Below are positions 40,601 through 56,653 of a DNA stretch of 64,000 bases, piece after piece. The notes below the pieces were generated by a model, which saw nothing but the letters and a program-made list of their open reading frames with translations, was not told the origin of the DNA and did not search any database. How positions within the stretch are numbered: the first letter of the stretch is position 1; each line of letters opens with the position of its first letter. The stretch lies in NCBI GenBank assembly GCA_964016885.1, contig OZ024747.1, positions 48,980,001 through 49,044,000 on the forward strand. Reading direction: 5' to 3'. Made by a program: the position numbers and the translations under genes. This stretch comes from Eledone cirrhosa. Its lineage: Eukaryota.

Positions 40601-41050
40601 GCTGTCGCGTATGGGACAAATCCAATTGTCTGCCGAGTCCATAGTAAGGGTCAAACCGCCAACTTCTTTCAAAAACGAAAGAGATGCGGTTTTCCTCTGT
40701 ATAGAGGCTATGGTAAAAGAGGTTATATGGTGGACGAGATTGAGAGGACTGAGGACAGATGCCTTTCTCTCCGGACAACAGCTCATTCCCTTCTGTAGGT
40801 ACCACTTTAGAAGGAGAATAGGAGTGGAGAAAGAGGCACTGCACCCCAGTAAATTTACTGAAAGGTGGGTGAATGTAGAAAAAACCTGTAGGTTAAAGAA
40901 GAGAACAAAAGGAAGAAAGGAGCACTTGCACAACACGCTCCTGGAGTTGAGGGTTATTCTATTGACGGGATATTAAACAAGCCATTTGTAACGCCTCCCC
41001 GCCATTGGGGATTTCGATTATTAAATATGTGCGCCCTTGTGGCAAATAAA
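37607..41050 (+). mobile_element. Tx1/L1-like LINE ORF2 (APE endonuclease + RT + CCHC), pseudogenised
   Basis: MANLRVGSVNVRGL, AITE, GRLVVLDV, VYAP, YLDRF, SDH, WKLN; KSPG.GLPYEFY, PITLLNT, DQSKAF, RQRCPLS, YADD; CPRC...ETVLHAIVHC; AATAAA near 41045. Confidence 0.93.
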
Positions 41051-41263
41051 GAAATATATCTCTCTGTCTGTCTATCTCTCTGCCTATCTATCTGTCGGAT
41101 TGTCTGACTATCATTCATATGTACAAATTTTCATATTTTCATTATCACCATCATCATCATCATCATCATCATCATCGCATTATCATCATCATCACCATCA
41201 CCATTTTTATCATCATCATCATCATCGCCATCACCAAAATCATCCTCATTATCATTATCAACA

Positions 41264-41455
41264 AGGGCGGTGAATTGGCAGTATCGGTAGAGAGTCAGAC
41301 ACCATGCTTTGCAGCATAGAATTAAGTCCCTTTACGGTCTGAGTTCAAATCAGGTCGAGGTTAACTTTGCCTTTCATCCTTACAGGGTCGATAAAATAAA
41401 GTACCAGTAATGTACTGGGGTAATTGCTGGCCTTGTGCCAAAAGTATAAGCAATT
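41264..41455 (+). mobile_element. SINE S1, full length
   Basis: gggcggtgaattggcag head, B-box and core. Confidence 0.85.
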
Positions 41456-41541
41456 ATCATTATCGACATCACCGTCATCATCATCATCACCAACATTACC
41501 AACATCATAACTATCAACATCATCATCATAACCAACATCAA

Positions 41542-41580
<39 letters not shown>

Positions 41581-41772
41581 CATCATCATCATTACCAACA
41601 TCACAATCATCATCATCATCATCACCACCATCATCATCATCATCATCATCCTCATCACCATCATTACCAACATCACAATCATCATCATCATCATCACCAC
41701 CATCATCATCATCATCATCATCCTCATCACCATCATTACCAACATCACCATCATCATCATCATCATCACCAC

Positions 41773-41817
<45 letters not shown>

Positions 41818-41823
41818 TACCAC

Positions 41824-41856
<33 letters not shown>

Positions 41857-41922
41857 TACCAACATCACCATCATCATCATCATCATCATCATTACGAACA
41901 TCATCATCATCATCATCATCAC
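41456..41922. repeat. (CAT)n compound microsatellite with ~63-bp higher-order repeats
   Basis: Seen directly; explains the poly-His and poly-Met ORFs. Confidence 0.95.
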
Positions 41923-42019
41923 CCAGTATAAGGAAGAGACAGGGAGGAGTGTGAGTGTCATTACATCGAAAACAGATGTTTTACGTAAGACGACCTCAAC
42001 AGAAGAATTTTATATGCGG

Positions 42020-42225
42020 GTGTTTGTGTGTGTGTGAGTGACAGAGAGGGGGAGGTGTGTGTGTGTGAGAGAGAGAGAGAGAGGTGGGGCGAGAGAGAGA
42101 GAGGGGGGTGAGAGAGAGAGAGAGGGGGAGGTGTGTGTGTGTGTGTATGTGAGAGAGAGAGGGGGAGGTGTGGGTGTGAGATAGAGAGAGAGAGAGAGGT
42201 GGGGCGAGAGAGAGAGAGGGGGGGT

Positions 42226-42256
<31 letters not shown>

Positions 42257-42651
42257 GGCGAGAGAGAGAGGGGGAGGTGTGTGTGTGTGTGTATGTGAGA
42301 GAGAGAGGGGGAGGTGTGGGTGTGAGATAGAGAGAGAGAGAGAGAGAGAGGTGGGGCGAGAGAGAGAGAGGGGGGGTGAGAGAGAGAGAGAGGGCGAGAG
42401 AGAGAGGGGGAGGTGTGTGTGTATGTGAGAGAGGGGGAGGTGTGGGTGTGAGATAGAGAGAGAGAGAGAGGTGGGGCGAGAAAGAGGGAGTGAGAGGGGG
42501 TGAGAGAGAGAGGGGGGAGATGTGTGTGTGTGTGTGTGTGTGTGTGAGTGTGTGAGAGAGAGAGAGAGGTGGGGCAAGAGAAAGAGAGGGGGAGATGTGT
42601 GTGTGTGTGAGAGAGGGGGAGGTGTGTGTGTGAGAGAGAGAGAGGGGGGAG

Positions 42652-42686
<35 letters not shown>

Positions 42687-42784
42687 CGGAGGTGTGTGTG
42701 TGTGTTTATATATTGTGATCTGTGTAAGTGTGTAAATATACGAGATGGCGCCCCTGCATAATCACAGTCCAGTTGTGAAAAAAG

Positions 42785-42846
<62 letters not shown>

Positions 42847-43273
42847 CATACACACACATATATATATATGCAGGAATCTGTGTGAGTGGATGCGTGTTTG
42901 TGTGAGTGTGTGTGTGTATGTGTGTGTATTTGTGTGAGTGTGTGTGTGTGTGAGTGTGTGTTTGTGTGAGTGTGAGTGTGTGTTTGTGTGTAAGTGTGTG
43001 TGAGTGTGTGTGTGTGTGAGTGTGTGTGTGTTTGTGTGAATGTGTGGGTGTGTGTGTGTGAGTGTGTGTGAGTGGATGCGTGAGTGTGTGTGTGTGTGTG
43101 TGTGTGTTTGTGTGAATGTGTGTGTGTGTGTGTGAGTGTGTGAGTGGGTGTGTGTGTGTGTGAGCGGATGTGTGAGTGTGTGTGTGTGTGTGAGCGGATG
43201 TGTGAGTGTGTGTGTGTATGTGAGTGTGTTTGTGTGAATGTGTGTGTGTGTGAGTGTGTGTGAGCGGATGTGT

Positions 43274-43346
<73 letters not shown>

Positions 43347-43355
43347 TGTGTGTGG
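42020..43355. repeat. Compound (GA)n/(GT)n low-complexity region
   Basis: Seen directly. Confidence 0.93.
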
Positions 43356-43612
43356 CATGTGGTGGTGCAGTTTAGAAGAACGGCTATTAATAAACTAAAT
43401 GATGGCAGCAGCAAGCGAAATATTTGAGTGAAACATCTTCTTTGTAAAGAAGCAGACAGCGATGGTTCTGTAGAATAAAGCTAATTGCTCTGGTTGATTG
43501 CAGTGTGAGATATATACTACATGATTATATATATATATATATACATGCATATCTAGACGCACACATATACATATATGCGTGGGTGAGCTTTTTCTATAAA
43601 TATGTATATATG

Positions 43613-43652
<40 letters not shown>

Positions 43653-43686
43653 CATGTATATATACGTATATATTCATTCATATATT

Positions 43687-43799
<113 letters not shown>

Positions 43800-43993
43800 A
43801 TATATATATGCATACACACATTGACATTCACGCGCATATATGTTTGTTTGTGTGAGAGTATGTATAAAAATGTTTTAGTGTAAATGAAGGTCTTAATTTG
43901 AAGGACTTTGTGAGATGTGTCTGCAGCAGCAGCTGGTAAATGTATCTCTCTCTCTCTCGCTCTCTCTTTCTCTCTTTATATATATCCATATCG

Positions 43994-44034
<41 letters not shown>

Positions 44035-44489
44035 GGTGGACACTCCTACATAACACTGGCCACGATTGTCAGTGGGGAACAAGGAATATTTCTCTTCTAG
44101 TTTGACATGTACAGTCACAAGATGTCTGTGTGATAGCACGACTCTATGAAATGCCAATGAAACACGGCAAACAGCGAAGCTCTGTCTATCTTTTACCAAT
44201 ATAGCTCCGTTTTCAATACATTCAATTAACAACAGACGAAGAACATGACATCTTGAATATTTTGTTGTTGCTGTTTTTAATGTTAATGTTTTTTTCGTTT
44301 TTTTCACATTTAGTCAAGTAGGAAAGGGCTGCGTGCAAGACTCTTTGCAGGGTCTCCATGTCTGTTGGGGAAAAGAAGGAGAAATGTATTCTATAGATTT
44401 TACCTCACTAAAAACACCAAAGGAACACGTATCGGTATTGAACAAGTAGGCCCAACAAAATTTGTACTGCAAAAACCCTACAGGAGGCA

Positions 44490-44850
44490 TTCATAACTGC
44501 AGAGCCCCACGTTATGTCCCCTTGGTATTGAATGCCTATTGAGGAACATAGTATACAGATACAGGGTTACAACCCCCAACTCGGAACACCTTTACATAGG
44601 AGCCACATCGACGAGCTTCAAGGACAGCTGGTATAACCACCGCCATTCTTTCAATAGGATAGACAAGAGGAAAAGTACGGCACTTTCCGAACTGATCTGA
44701 AAAGCTGGACAAGCTGGACAAGACCCCGTACTCTTTGGTCTGGTCCAAGATTATGGAGGTGCCACCTGAAGGGGGGGGTCTGGCATCTGGAACTTCTGTC
44801 TGAGTGAGACTCTGGAGATACTCAGTGGTGGGAGTAGCCTAATCAACCTT
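44490..44850 (+). pseudogene. Penelope-like element GIY-YIG endonuclease fragment
   Basis: From 44515: CPLGIECLLRNIVYRYRVTTPNSEHLYIGATSTSFKDSWYNHRHSFNRIDKRKSTALSELI*K, preceded by NCR and followed by CLSETLEIL. Confidence 0.8.
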
Positions 44851-44859
44851 ATGACCGAT

Positions 44860-45920
44860 TATCTACAACATGTTCCACAAGAGGGGTGATGTCGATAGAC
44901 CCTACTTAAATAGATCTGAAGGTGGAAGAGGTCTTATCAGCATAGAGGACTGGGTTCAGATGGAGAAAAACAACCTGCACAAATACGTGACTGACAGTAG
45001 GGAGCCAATGCTCAAAATTGTACTGAAGGAGAAGACAATTGACCAGGGGATTTCCAAGGAGGAAATAACAAGGAGGAAGAGCAACCTTCATGAAAAATCC
45101 CTTCATAGTACCTTCTTTAACAAAATTGACTTTAGTGATCCACAGACATGGAACTGGTTAAAAAGAGGAGACCTTAAAAAGGCTACAGAAGGAATGCTAA
45201 TGGCTGCGCAAGAGCAAGCCCTCAGAACGAAGTGGGTGAAACACCATATTGACAAGGAGGAGGCTATCCCACTGTGTAGGATCTGTGGATAGATAGAGGA
45301 GACTGTGGCTCACATTGTATCCGAGTGTAAACACCTAGCCCAGACTCACTATAAAGGCTGGAGACATGATGTGATAGGCAGGGAGATCCACTGGCATCTA
45401 TGTAAAGTAAACAATTTACCACATTCTGAGAAGTGGTATGAGCATAAGCCAGAGTCGGTGATAGAAAACGATCAGGTGAAGGTGCTATGGGATTTTAGGA
45501 TCAGACGGACAAGAAACTGGAACACAATAGACCTGACCTGGTGGTTTGGGACAAGGAAAATAGATCGTACCTGATTGTGGATGTATCCTGCCCATTTGAC
45601 ACGAGAGTGCAACAAAAGGAGGAGAAAATTACCCGATACCAGGACTTAAAGTGTGAGGTAAAAAGGATTTGGAACTGCCATGAAGTCAAGGTCGTCCCGA
45701 TTATCATAGGCGCACTAGGTACTATCTCAAAGAGTTTCCAAGGATGGTTAAAGAAGTTTAGTCCAGCCCCGCTTTTTGGAACACTTCAAAAGGCATGCTT
45801 GCTGGGAACAGCAAGAACCCTCCGATATGTCCTGAATATCTGAGGCTGCAGGTAGTGGCTTGATATTCATTTCAACAAACTTTCCAGTTAAATAACATCA
45901 ATGACTAAGACTCAAAGAAC

Positions 45921-45956
<36 letters not shown>
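44860..45956 (+). mobile_element. 5'-truncated Dong/R4-like LINE with (TAA)n tail
   Basis: GGRGL, AAQEQALRT, CRICG..ETVAHIVSEC, RHD, RPDL, IVDVSCP, KITRY, VPIIIGALG; ends in (AAT)n. Confidence 0.9.
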
Positions 45957-45958
<2 letters not shown>

Positions 45959-46425
45959 AATGAAGCCATCGTATATGATCGAAAAATCTTTGATTGTTTT
46001 TCCACTCATTCGATGTTTTAATTAAGCTAGTATCATTAAGACCCTAACCAAGTGAAAATAGATTGCACACTACAAAGTTAAATAGTGAGAAAAGCGATTT
46101 TGTGTGAGTAGAGAATTAGATTCTCTCTTCCCGGACTAATTAATTAGTTTCCACTACTTCATCTGCTGGCGACATTCCGTGTGGAGCTGGCGTTCACAGA
46201 AAATGTGGTAATGCTACTAAGCATTACATAATTCGGCTGAAATGTAGCTTCATCAGCGAGGAAGATTAGTCTCTATATACATATACATATACATATATAT
46301 ATAGAGAGATAATGAAAATTTCTAATCGGGCTCGTTTGTTTACAAAAGAACCGAACATTATTATTAATGTTCGATATAACCCATACCAGCAGATGTATAT
46401 ATGTGTGTGTACGTATCCATACTTA

Positions 46426-46462
<37 letters not shown>

Positions 46463-46466
<4 letters not shown>

Positions 46467-47335
46467 TTAGAAGGTAACCAAGACACAAACAAGAGGAGAA
46501 AAGTATCCCTTCATCAGCTGTTTACCACGGATCTTGGATCTTTCACCGCTTAAAACAGAACATCGATGGGTAGCGTGCCCATGGCCTTTTATCCATCAAA
46601 AGGCCATGAGGGAAAGAAGTGATAGTGGAGAGAGAGGAAGGAAGAAAAAGGTAAGAAGAAGAAAAAAGCGAAGAAGAAAAAGGGAAAAAAGGAAAAATAT
46701 GAAGTAAACATACTGATAGAAGGGGGAACACAGGACAATGGCAGATGTATGTAAGTAACCGAAGAGAAAACAGACCAAGTTATACCAAGTCGATGAGTAT
46801 AAGCCCGGTGGCCGTAATAACAGAGGAGGTAGGTTTTTCCGTAGCAATCCTCAATAAAGTGAGTGTAGAGAAAGAGAAAGACGGAGAAACCGGAAATGAG
46901 AGGGGGTGAGTAAGAGGGATGGAGAGAGAGATGGGGGGGGGGGAATGGAAAGTGAGTTTATCCAAAAGGGATTTACGGCGCACGTGCGACCGAAAACAAG
47001 AAAATGGTTAGGGAGGAAGAGAGAGAGAAAAGGAGGGATTCGATTGGAGAGCATGAGTCCGGCTAGGGACGACAAATCGAGCAAGATAGGTAGAGAGATC
47101 ACAGCTGTAAATACAAAAATACGGGTTAGGGGGTGAGGCTGTGTGGTTACTGAAAACGAAGTGTTAGAAGGTAATCAGGACACAAACAAGAGGAGAAAAG
47201 TTTCCCTTCATCAGCTGTTTACTACGGATCTTTGATGTTTCGGCGCTTAAAACAGAACATCGATCGGTAGAACAAACAAAAGCGAAGAAGAAAAAAAAGG
47301 GAAAAAAGGGAAGCGCGCTACCGATCGATGTTTTG
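46463..47335. mobile_element. Non-coding element with ~110-bp direct terminal repeats (pLTR-like)
   Basis: gtgttagaaggtaa...cttcatcagctgttt...aaaacagaacatcgat at 46464-46570 and 47161-47270, with a short inverted tail at 47318-47335. Confidence 0.65.
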
Positions 47336-48499
47336 TGTATGTGTGTATATTTATGCGTATATATGTGTATATAAGTCTGTGCATGTGTGTGTATGTGGTT
47401 TTATATGTGTACTTGTATGTGAGAGTGAGAGAGAGTGAAAGTCTTTATGATTCCTCAGTGGATAAAGTCATTCATTGTCAGGACTGCAGTTGGGGAATAT
47501 ATTTCAGCAAGGGAACTAAAAGAAACAACAAACAAATAAAAAATGAGTCCCACAGCTAATAACAATGAATGCGATAGGTTTGGAGGGTTGCCAAACAATT
47601 GTTGTTAATGACAGGAAAACTATAATGTCAGACGATCGATCAAAGACTGTTGGTGCTGAGAGGAGAGAAACTGCTATGTAATCTCTAACAAGGGATTATA
47701 TTTTATTAGTGGTGTTGAAAATCTGCTTGGACTATTGCGGCAGGAACACATGGTAATTAATTATATAAAATGATAGTGAACGATAGACGAGAAAAGGATA
47801 TAGACGAACGGATAACGTATTTGACCAACACTTTATTGGCGTTGAGTTCGAATCGGCAACAGATTGCATATATATGTGTATGTCCGTCCACGCATCCCTC
47901 CATCCCCCCTCCCATCCATCCCTCCTTCCCTCCCATATATATCCATCCATCCATCGGTCCTAAACTTCTGGTGGAATCGTAAGATCACTGTATGTGTATG
48001 TGTGATAGTAGATATATTTATCATGTGTTTCAAGTGCTGATATATTTACTTGTTGGGACATGCCTGAAAACTGTTCATTGTATTATACACACACGATCAT
48101 ATATTGTTCCGGCGACGAGTCTTTGATCAACTTCACGTTCAGGTGGCTGAGCAATTCTCGGGGAAATTCAGTGTGTGGCAAGGCTGATTCATTGAATTAC
48201 AATTTTGCAACGAACCAGGTGAAATATAGTGTCTCACAATTGTGAGTCGAACATTCAAACCACTGAGCAACGCGCCATCGTGCGCTCCTATATATAAAAA
48301 TATACATTGATATACGATAGGTAAACGAATCTGCGTCAGTTTCAACGATGGGTATATAGTTCTTCTATCAACGCAACTATCTGCTCATTGAATCAGAGTA
48401 TCTTCTCTTGGTTGTCCATCGTAAACGATGATGACATCTTCTTGATCGCCGCAGGGCTTTGGGAGTGCACACTAAAGAAGAAACCTGTGCGGGAAAGGT

Positions 48500-48900
48500 T
48501 TATAGTGGGAGGGCCAGTGCAGAGTGACGGTCCCACTCACTCGGCCGCAGAAGCCAGAATCCGGTGGTACGGAGGACCGTCACGACCAGGGACTTCCTTG
48601 GCTGCAGTGGATGGTCACGATGTCTGTAGTGCCTTGCCGTGCCCCAGCGCTCCACACCGCTTGCTGTCGCCGCCTTCGTGACTGTTGGGACGATGTTGTC
48701 CTCCTCCACTCACTCCGCCAGGTCCAGTCTTCGCATGCAGGGGCAAGCATCCCCTATCTAACTCACCGGGGGTTTTCAGACCCGTCCGGTTACCCTCAAC
48801 CTGGTTCGGCCCACCAGCCAAGGCGGTTTACGAGGGTGTGGCCGCTGTCGCATGCTACATCTTCTTGGGGCCACAGGTGAGAGCTGAGTGTCAGGTGGGA
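48500..48900 (-). pseudogene. Possible LINE ORF1 (zinc knuckle) fragment
   Basis: GC-rich island with minus-strand KRCGALGHGK and GRTRLRVTG; frameshifted. Confidence 0.4.
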
Positions 48901-49437
48901 CCCAATGCAGGACGAGCTGTCCTGAAAAGGGCATGGCTAGCTCCCCCCCCCCCTACACAGGTACATGCTCCTCCCTGACACCCCAGACATATTCACACGT
49001 ATATACATACACGTACATATGTACATGTGTATATACATATTTACACATTTTTGGATGGCCTTTGACTCTTATCAGTTCTTCCGCCCTTTGAATTAGAGTA
49101 TAAGAGCCCAAGTATTCCACAGACAGTAGTAGTTGTAATGTAGTAATGTAATCCTAGGGGCAGAATTATAGTTACAGTCCGATAGACTTCGACATCAGTT
49201 CAATTAACCAAATTTCACTCCAAACTCTAGGTAAAGAGATACTTTTCCAAGATACCACGTAGTATGGTCAAACACAAAATGTCGTGTTTGACAAACAATC
49301 CTCTTCAGCATTCAGCCAGGCTGCGTCCATTAATTACAGAAATACATGCATACATACACATATATACACGCCCCTACACAGACATACATCCGCACGTACA
49401 CATATATACAGGCAGCCGTACGCACATATATATGGAA

Positions 49438-49540
<103 letters not shown>

Positions 49541-50181
49541 TTCTCACATATACATGCGCACATACATATATATATATATACGCACACATAAACAGACATA
49601 TACACGCAAAAACGTGAACATACACACACATATACATGCATACATCCACATGCACAAATACACGAGCAAACATACACACATATATAAATTTGTATACGCA
49701 CATGTACACATACACATACACACACATCCACACATGTATACACAAACAGAAATATAGATTGCGTGAATCACATACATTGCGTGAATCACTGGTCTAGACT
49801 ATTAATACCTTAATCCTTGGTTCACTTAGTTTGACTGATACAGAGACGAGATTCTCGGTGAATGTTATCTCCGAATGACAGGCGTTCCACTCAACATGTT
49901 TCATGAATTAATTATATCAAAAACTACAAGTAAAGCCGAAGCCTTATTAGTTGCTAAGATATTTGATGGCTTACATGTTTATAGTCAATAAAATAGTGTG
50001 TGTTATTTTGTTAAATGTTGAATGAAGACGATATTATAGATTTAGTCCAAATTCTGCATGATATCTGGTTAAATTTAAAATATCTTTGATGATTTCATAG
50101 TAAAACTGATTTGACAACAAACATAGCAATAACGACATCAATAACACCAATGATGGCAACGATGACAACCTCAGCAGCAGC

Positions 50182-50219
<38 letters not shown>

Positions 50220-50978
50220 AAGATTACAACTATAACCACCCCCAGTAACACCACCAACAACAAATAAAAAAAATAGCGAGGATAACAACTACACATCCCC
50301 CACCAATACCAATAACACCGAAGACGACGACGACGTCGGCAGCAACAAAAGCAGCAAGCAACAATATTTTCATCCATTTTGACTTGTAAATTAAATGAAT
50401 CTGTTTTCAATCGCTCAACCATACATTCAGCACCACTGTGTACAGCCTGCAGTAGTGGCCATATTCAGATATTGAAACCTACAGTAGTGTAATACATGTT
50501 ACGTGTATGAATATTGAGAAGTGTTAAATATTAAATTAGCTCTCTTGCACTATATATATATATATTGTTATATTTGGGAAGGGTCATATTGTTGTAATTT
50601 TGCCAGAAATAATAACAGAACACACTCACTATTTGTTTGGTTTTCGCTTCTGTATCTTTTATATCTCTATAGTTAATTCATCTGGCAATCAGTCTATCAA
50701 AGTTCTTTCGTTGCACATCTGCAACATCATCCGTAGTACTATTATGTTCCCTCCTATTGTATTGTAATGTCTACGCCATTTTTATTTCATATATAAGTAT
50801 ATGTGAGAAAAACCACAGACCCTCCATCTCAACTCTACTTTTGAAAAGCAGAAGAACTGCGAAACCGGTAAAGGAACCAAATAAAAATATATATATATTT
50901 TTAAAAAATAAGACTCCAGTTGCATTTTCAATTTCATCTTTTTTTCTTTATACTTTCACTCGTGTAGGAGTATATGCA

Positions 50979-52470
<1,492 letters not shown>

Positions 52471-52589
52471 TATAGAGTAAAGCATGTCCATGGTCTGATT
52501 AATTTATTAATTCTCCATTGAGACACATCGTGAAAAGTTGCCAAAACACATATATACCTGTGACTTTGTTTAATTGGTGTATGTGTAAA

Positions 52590-52660
<71 letters not shown>

Positions 52661-53441
52661 TTGCTTTCTACTTGGAAGTATTGTTCGAGTGCTCCTTGGT
52701 TCATTTTGAATAAAAGGTGCCAACATGGCCTTTGAAATAGCAGGTGCTTGCTTACCTCATAATCACTGTCACGTAACACTGAGAGTGGAGATTATTACTG
52801 TAATGGCGACTTCAAACCAAGACAGTAGGTTAGCACTGAGCTGTTCCGAAGAGGCTAATTTTCCTCGTTGATGAAGCTACTCTTAGTCGATTACGAAATA
52901 CTTAATAGCATTACCTTACACTCACACATATTGGATATTAAACATATTGGATATCTCCACCACTGGACGGATTTATGATTACTGGATAAATAAGGGGACC
53001 AAAAAGCAACGTAAAACCATTTATTTTCCTGTATTTCGCATAAAGGCCTTGAGCTGGAGCGCCCCACACTTCATCCGATAATGGACGGACATGGAATTTT
53101 TATATGCACTTTACATGGACAAAATTAACCGGTCTTCCCACTGAATTGTGAATTTAATTGTGAATTTAATTTAATCACGGCTTTATTGATAAAGGACTTC
53201 AACATCTGATACGAGTTATCACCAAGTCACAACCAGTGACCTCAAGAGACAACAAGGTCCGCCATGTTCAAGAAAGAACATACATACACACACATGTATC
53301 TTTAGGTGTTTAGACTTGTGATGTACTTATATTGACAGAATCTTCCTTAGTATATGGGCAGTTCCCATTAGTACTATCTTTTGTATTTCTCCTATACGCG
53401 GGTTTCCTGGGATTTGCGATAAGAAATATTATTATTATTAT

Positions 53442-53731
<290 letters not shown>

Positions 53732-53747
53732 TATTATTATTATTATT

Positions 53748-53807
<60 letters not shown>

Positions 53808-53859
53808 TAAGAATATTTTCGAAACAGCGAGTTGGTTTGAAATTATTAGAAATGTAAGC

Positions 53860-54059
53860 TATCGCCGTATTTTGACTAAAGAAATTAAAGAAATTATTTA
53901 GCCTGATAGTGAGGTTAAGAACCCTCGGAGAAATGGAAAATGATGAGTATTGACATATATGTACGTCAATACTCATCATTTTCCATTTCTCCGAGGGTTC
54001 TTAACCCCACTATCAGGCTAAATAATTTCTTTAATTTCTTTAGTCAAAATACGGCGATA
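53860..54059. repeat. Near-perfect ~200-bp palindrome
   Basis: ~95-bp arms meeting at gagtattgac-atatatgtac-gtcaatactc. Confidence 0.9.
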
Positions 54060-54115
54060 TATATATATAATACGATATATTAACAAATGGAAACTATATT
54101 TATAAAACCATATTT

Positions 54116-54178
54116 ATTTCATTATACATATTTCAAGGACACCAAGTTAAATTATGGTGTGCTTTCATCAGATAAAAT
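54116..54178 (-). ncRNA. Type I hammerhead ribozyme motif
   Basis: AUUUUAU-CUGAUGA-AAGCACACCAUAAUUUAACUUGGUGUCCUU-GAAA-UAUGUA-UA-AUGAAAU. Confidence 0.8.
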
Positions 54179-54258
54179 ATAATATAGATCAGTTTTATAA
54201 ATAAATATTGACATACCCTTAAAGAATGCGACCATTTCTGTTGGAAGCTCCCGGATAG

Positions 54259-54331
<73 letters not shown>

Positions 54332-54469
54332 TATATTTCTAGAAGCGTTGAGCGGATATGTGTTTATTGAAAATTAAGCTAGAAGCTTCAATGTATTTTT
54401 TTTACTATGAAAAATAGTTTAACGTATAGTTCCTGTGCATCGCAAAAAAATGTTAACATGGTTGCTGGA

Positions 54470-54675
54470 GTGATGGTATAGTGGTGAGGATGTAGTGGTG
54501 ATGGTGTAGTGGTGATGGTGTAGTGGTGATGGTGTAATGTTTATGGTGTAGTGGTGATGGTGTAGTGTTGATGGTGTAGGGGTGAGGATGTAGTGGTGAT
54601 GGTGTAGTGGTGATGGTGTAGTGGTGATGGTGTAGGGATGAGGATGTAGTGGTGATGGTGTAGTGGTGATGGTGA
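54470..54675. repeat. 14-bp minisatellite (gtggtgatggtgta)n
   Basis: Seen directly; ~14 copies. Confidence 0.9.
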
Positions 54676-54896
54676 ATATATATATATATATGTATATATA
54701 TGTATATTAGTGACAGTGGAGGATCAAACGCGAGCTCAATGGTTGCGGCTAGTTACTCTTCTATATATGTGATGCTGTCTCTATTTTGTACTCCCGAAGA
54801 AGGGCTTAAACCCGACTCGTGCAAATGTATTTCCTCTATCCATTATAAGGCGTGAAATTAATAATTATTTTTGTACCTCTATTTGTTGTCTCCTTG

Positions 54897-55697
<801 letters not shown>

Positions 55698-55936
55698 CAG
55701 TTTGAAAAATAGTCAGACAAAATTTATCCACTTTTTTCTTTTCAGTCCGTAGAAATCAACTAGATAAATAATTATTTAAACGGAGCTAAGTTTAAAATGT
55801 AACTTTGAAGAAATAACAGATAAATGTTACCGATATTCCTTTATGAGGAACAGTCAGATGAAATTTACCTAGTCTGACCTCTTAGTCCGTAGAAATTAAC
55901 TTCACAAATATTCAATTAAACGGAGCTAAATCTAGA

Positions 55937-55967
<31 letters not shown>

Positions 55968-56137
55968 TTGGCGCTCTGAAATAACTATATATATATATGA
56001 ATGTATATATAGTGTATTTTGCAATACACTGTATGCTTAATTAAAAGCATTTCGAAGACCTTATGCTATTGTTTTAGAGTAGTGACAGTCTCACTTACTT
56101 TAAATTTTCAGCAAACAGGGGGAGATAAAGCTAACAG

Positions 56138-56173
56138 AGCTATGTTTCGTACTGATTGGTACTTATCAAAGCC
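56138..56173 (-). ncRNA. Decayed hammerhead-like core
   Basis: UUGAUAA-GUACCAAUCAGUAC-GAAACAUA. Stem II GUAC/GUAC is perfect; there are two transitions in CUGAUGA. Confidence 0.4.
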
Positions 56174-56209
56174 ACCTGTTTGCTGAAAAGCCACCTGTTT
56201 GCTGAAAAC

Positions 56210-56291
56210 CATGAATGTTTGATTCTTATAGAATTTTTAGTAATAATCAGGAACTGATTATACAGAGCGGTTGCCGGTCAAGCAGAAATTG

Positions 56292-56353
<62 letters not shown>

Positions 56354-56415
56354 CAATTTCTGTATCATCAGTTCCTGATTATTACTAAAAATTCTATAAG
56401 AATCAAACATTCATG
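56210..56415. repeat. Inverted repeat centred on (TA)n
   Basis: catgaatgtttgattc...ggaactgat and cagaaattgaaa are mirrored across the (TA)n. Confidence 0.88.
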
Positions 56416-56466
56416 ATTAGAAAGAGAGAGAGAGAGTGAGAGAGAGGGGGAGACAGAGAAAGAGAG

Positions 56467-56538
56467 AGAGTTAGTGTCCGACGACTGAGCTCTTGCCGTT
56501 TCAAAATGCCAAGAGCTCAGCCGTCGGGCACTAACTCT
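56467..56538. repeat. Fold-back of a family F-related sequence
   Basis: agagttagtgtccgacgactgagctcttg-ccgtttcaaaatgc-caagagctcagccgtcgggcactaactct. Confidence 0.8.
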
Positions 56539-56593
56539 TTAAAAAAAACAAGTACTTAGCTAAACAATTGTCTTACTAGTCAAAACTGGTCTC

Positions 56594-56653
<60 letters not shown>

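Noticed and set aside
41380-43414. Poly-His, poly-Met and HT/SL-repeat ORFs
   Set aside because: Translations of (CAT)n, (GT)n and (GA)n tracts; the poly-His ORF starts inside a SINE.
43828-44307. 159-aa minus-strand ORF with a non-repetitive N-terminal half
   Set aside because: No recognisable domain; it runs into microsatellite and has no clear splice sites.
46225-46275. CUGAUGA-AGCU...AGCC-GAAU hammerhead-like motif (minus strand; homolog at 52855-52905)
   Set aside because: Both copies lack GAAA and a stem I, so it was not counted as a ribozyme.
54790-54820. ccgaagaagggcttaaacccgac resembling a PLE hammerhead core
   Set aside because: Both conserved boxes are mutated and stems I and III are absent; at most a relic.
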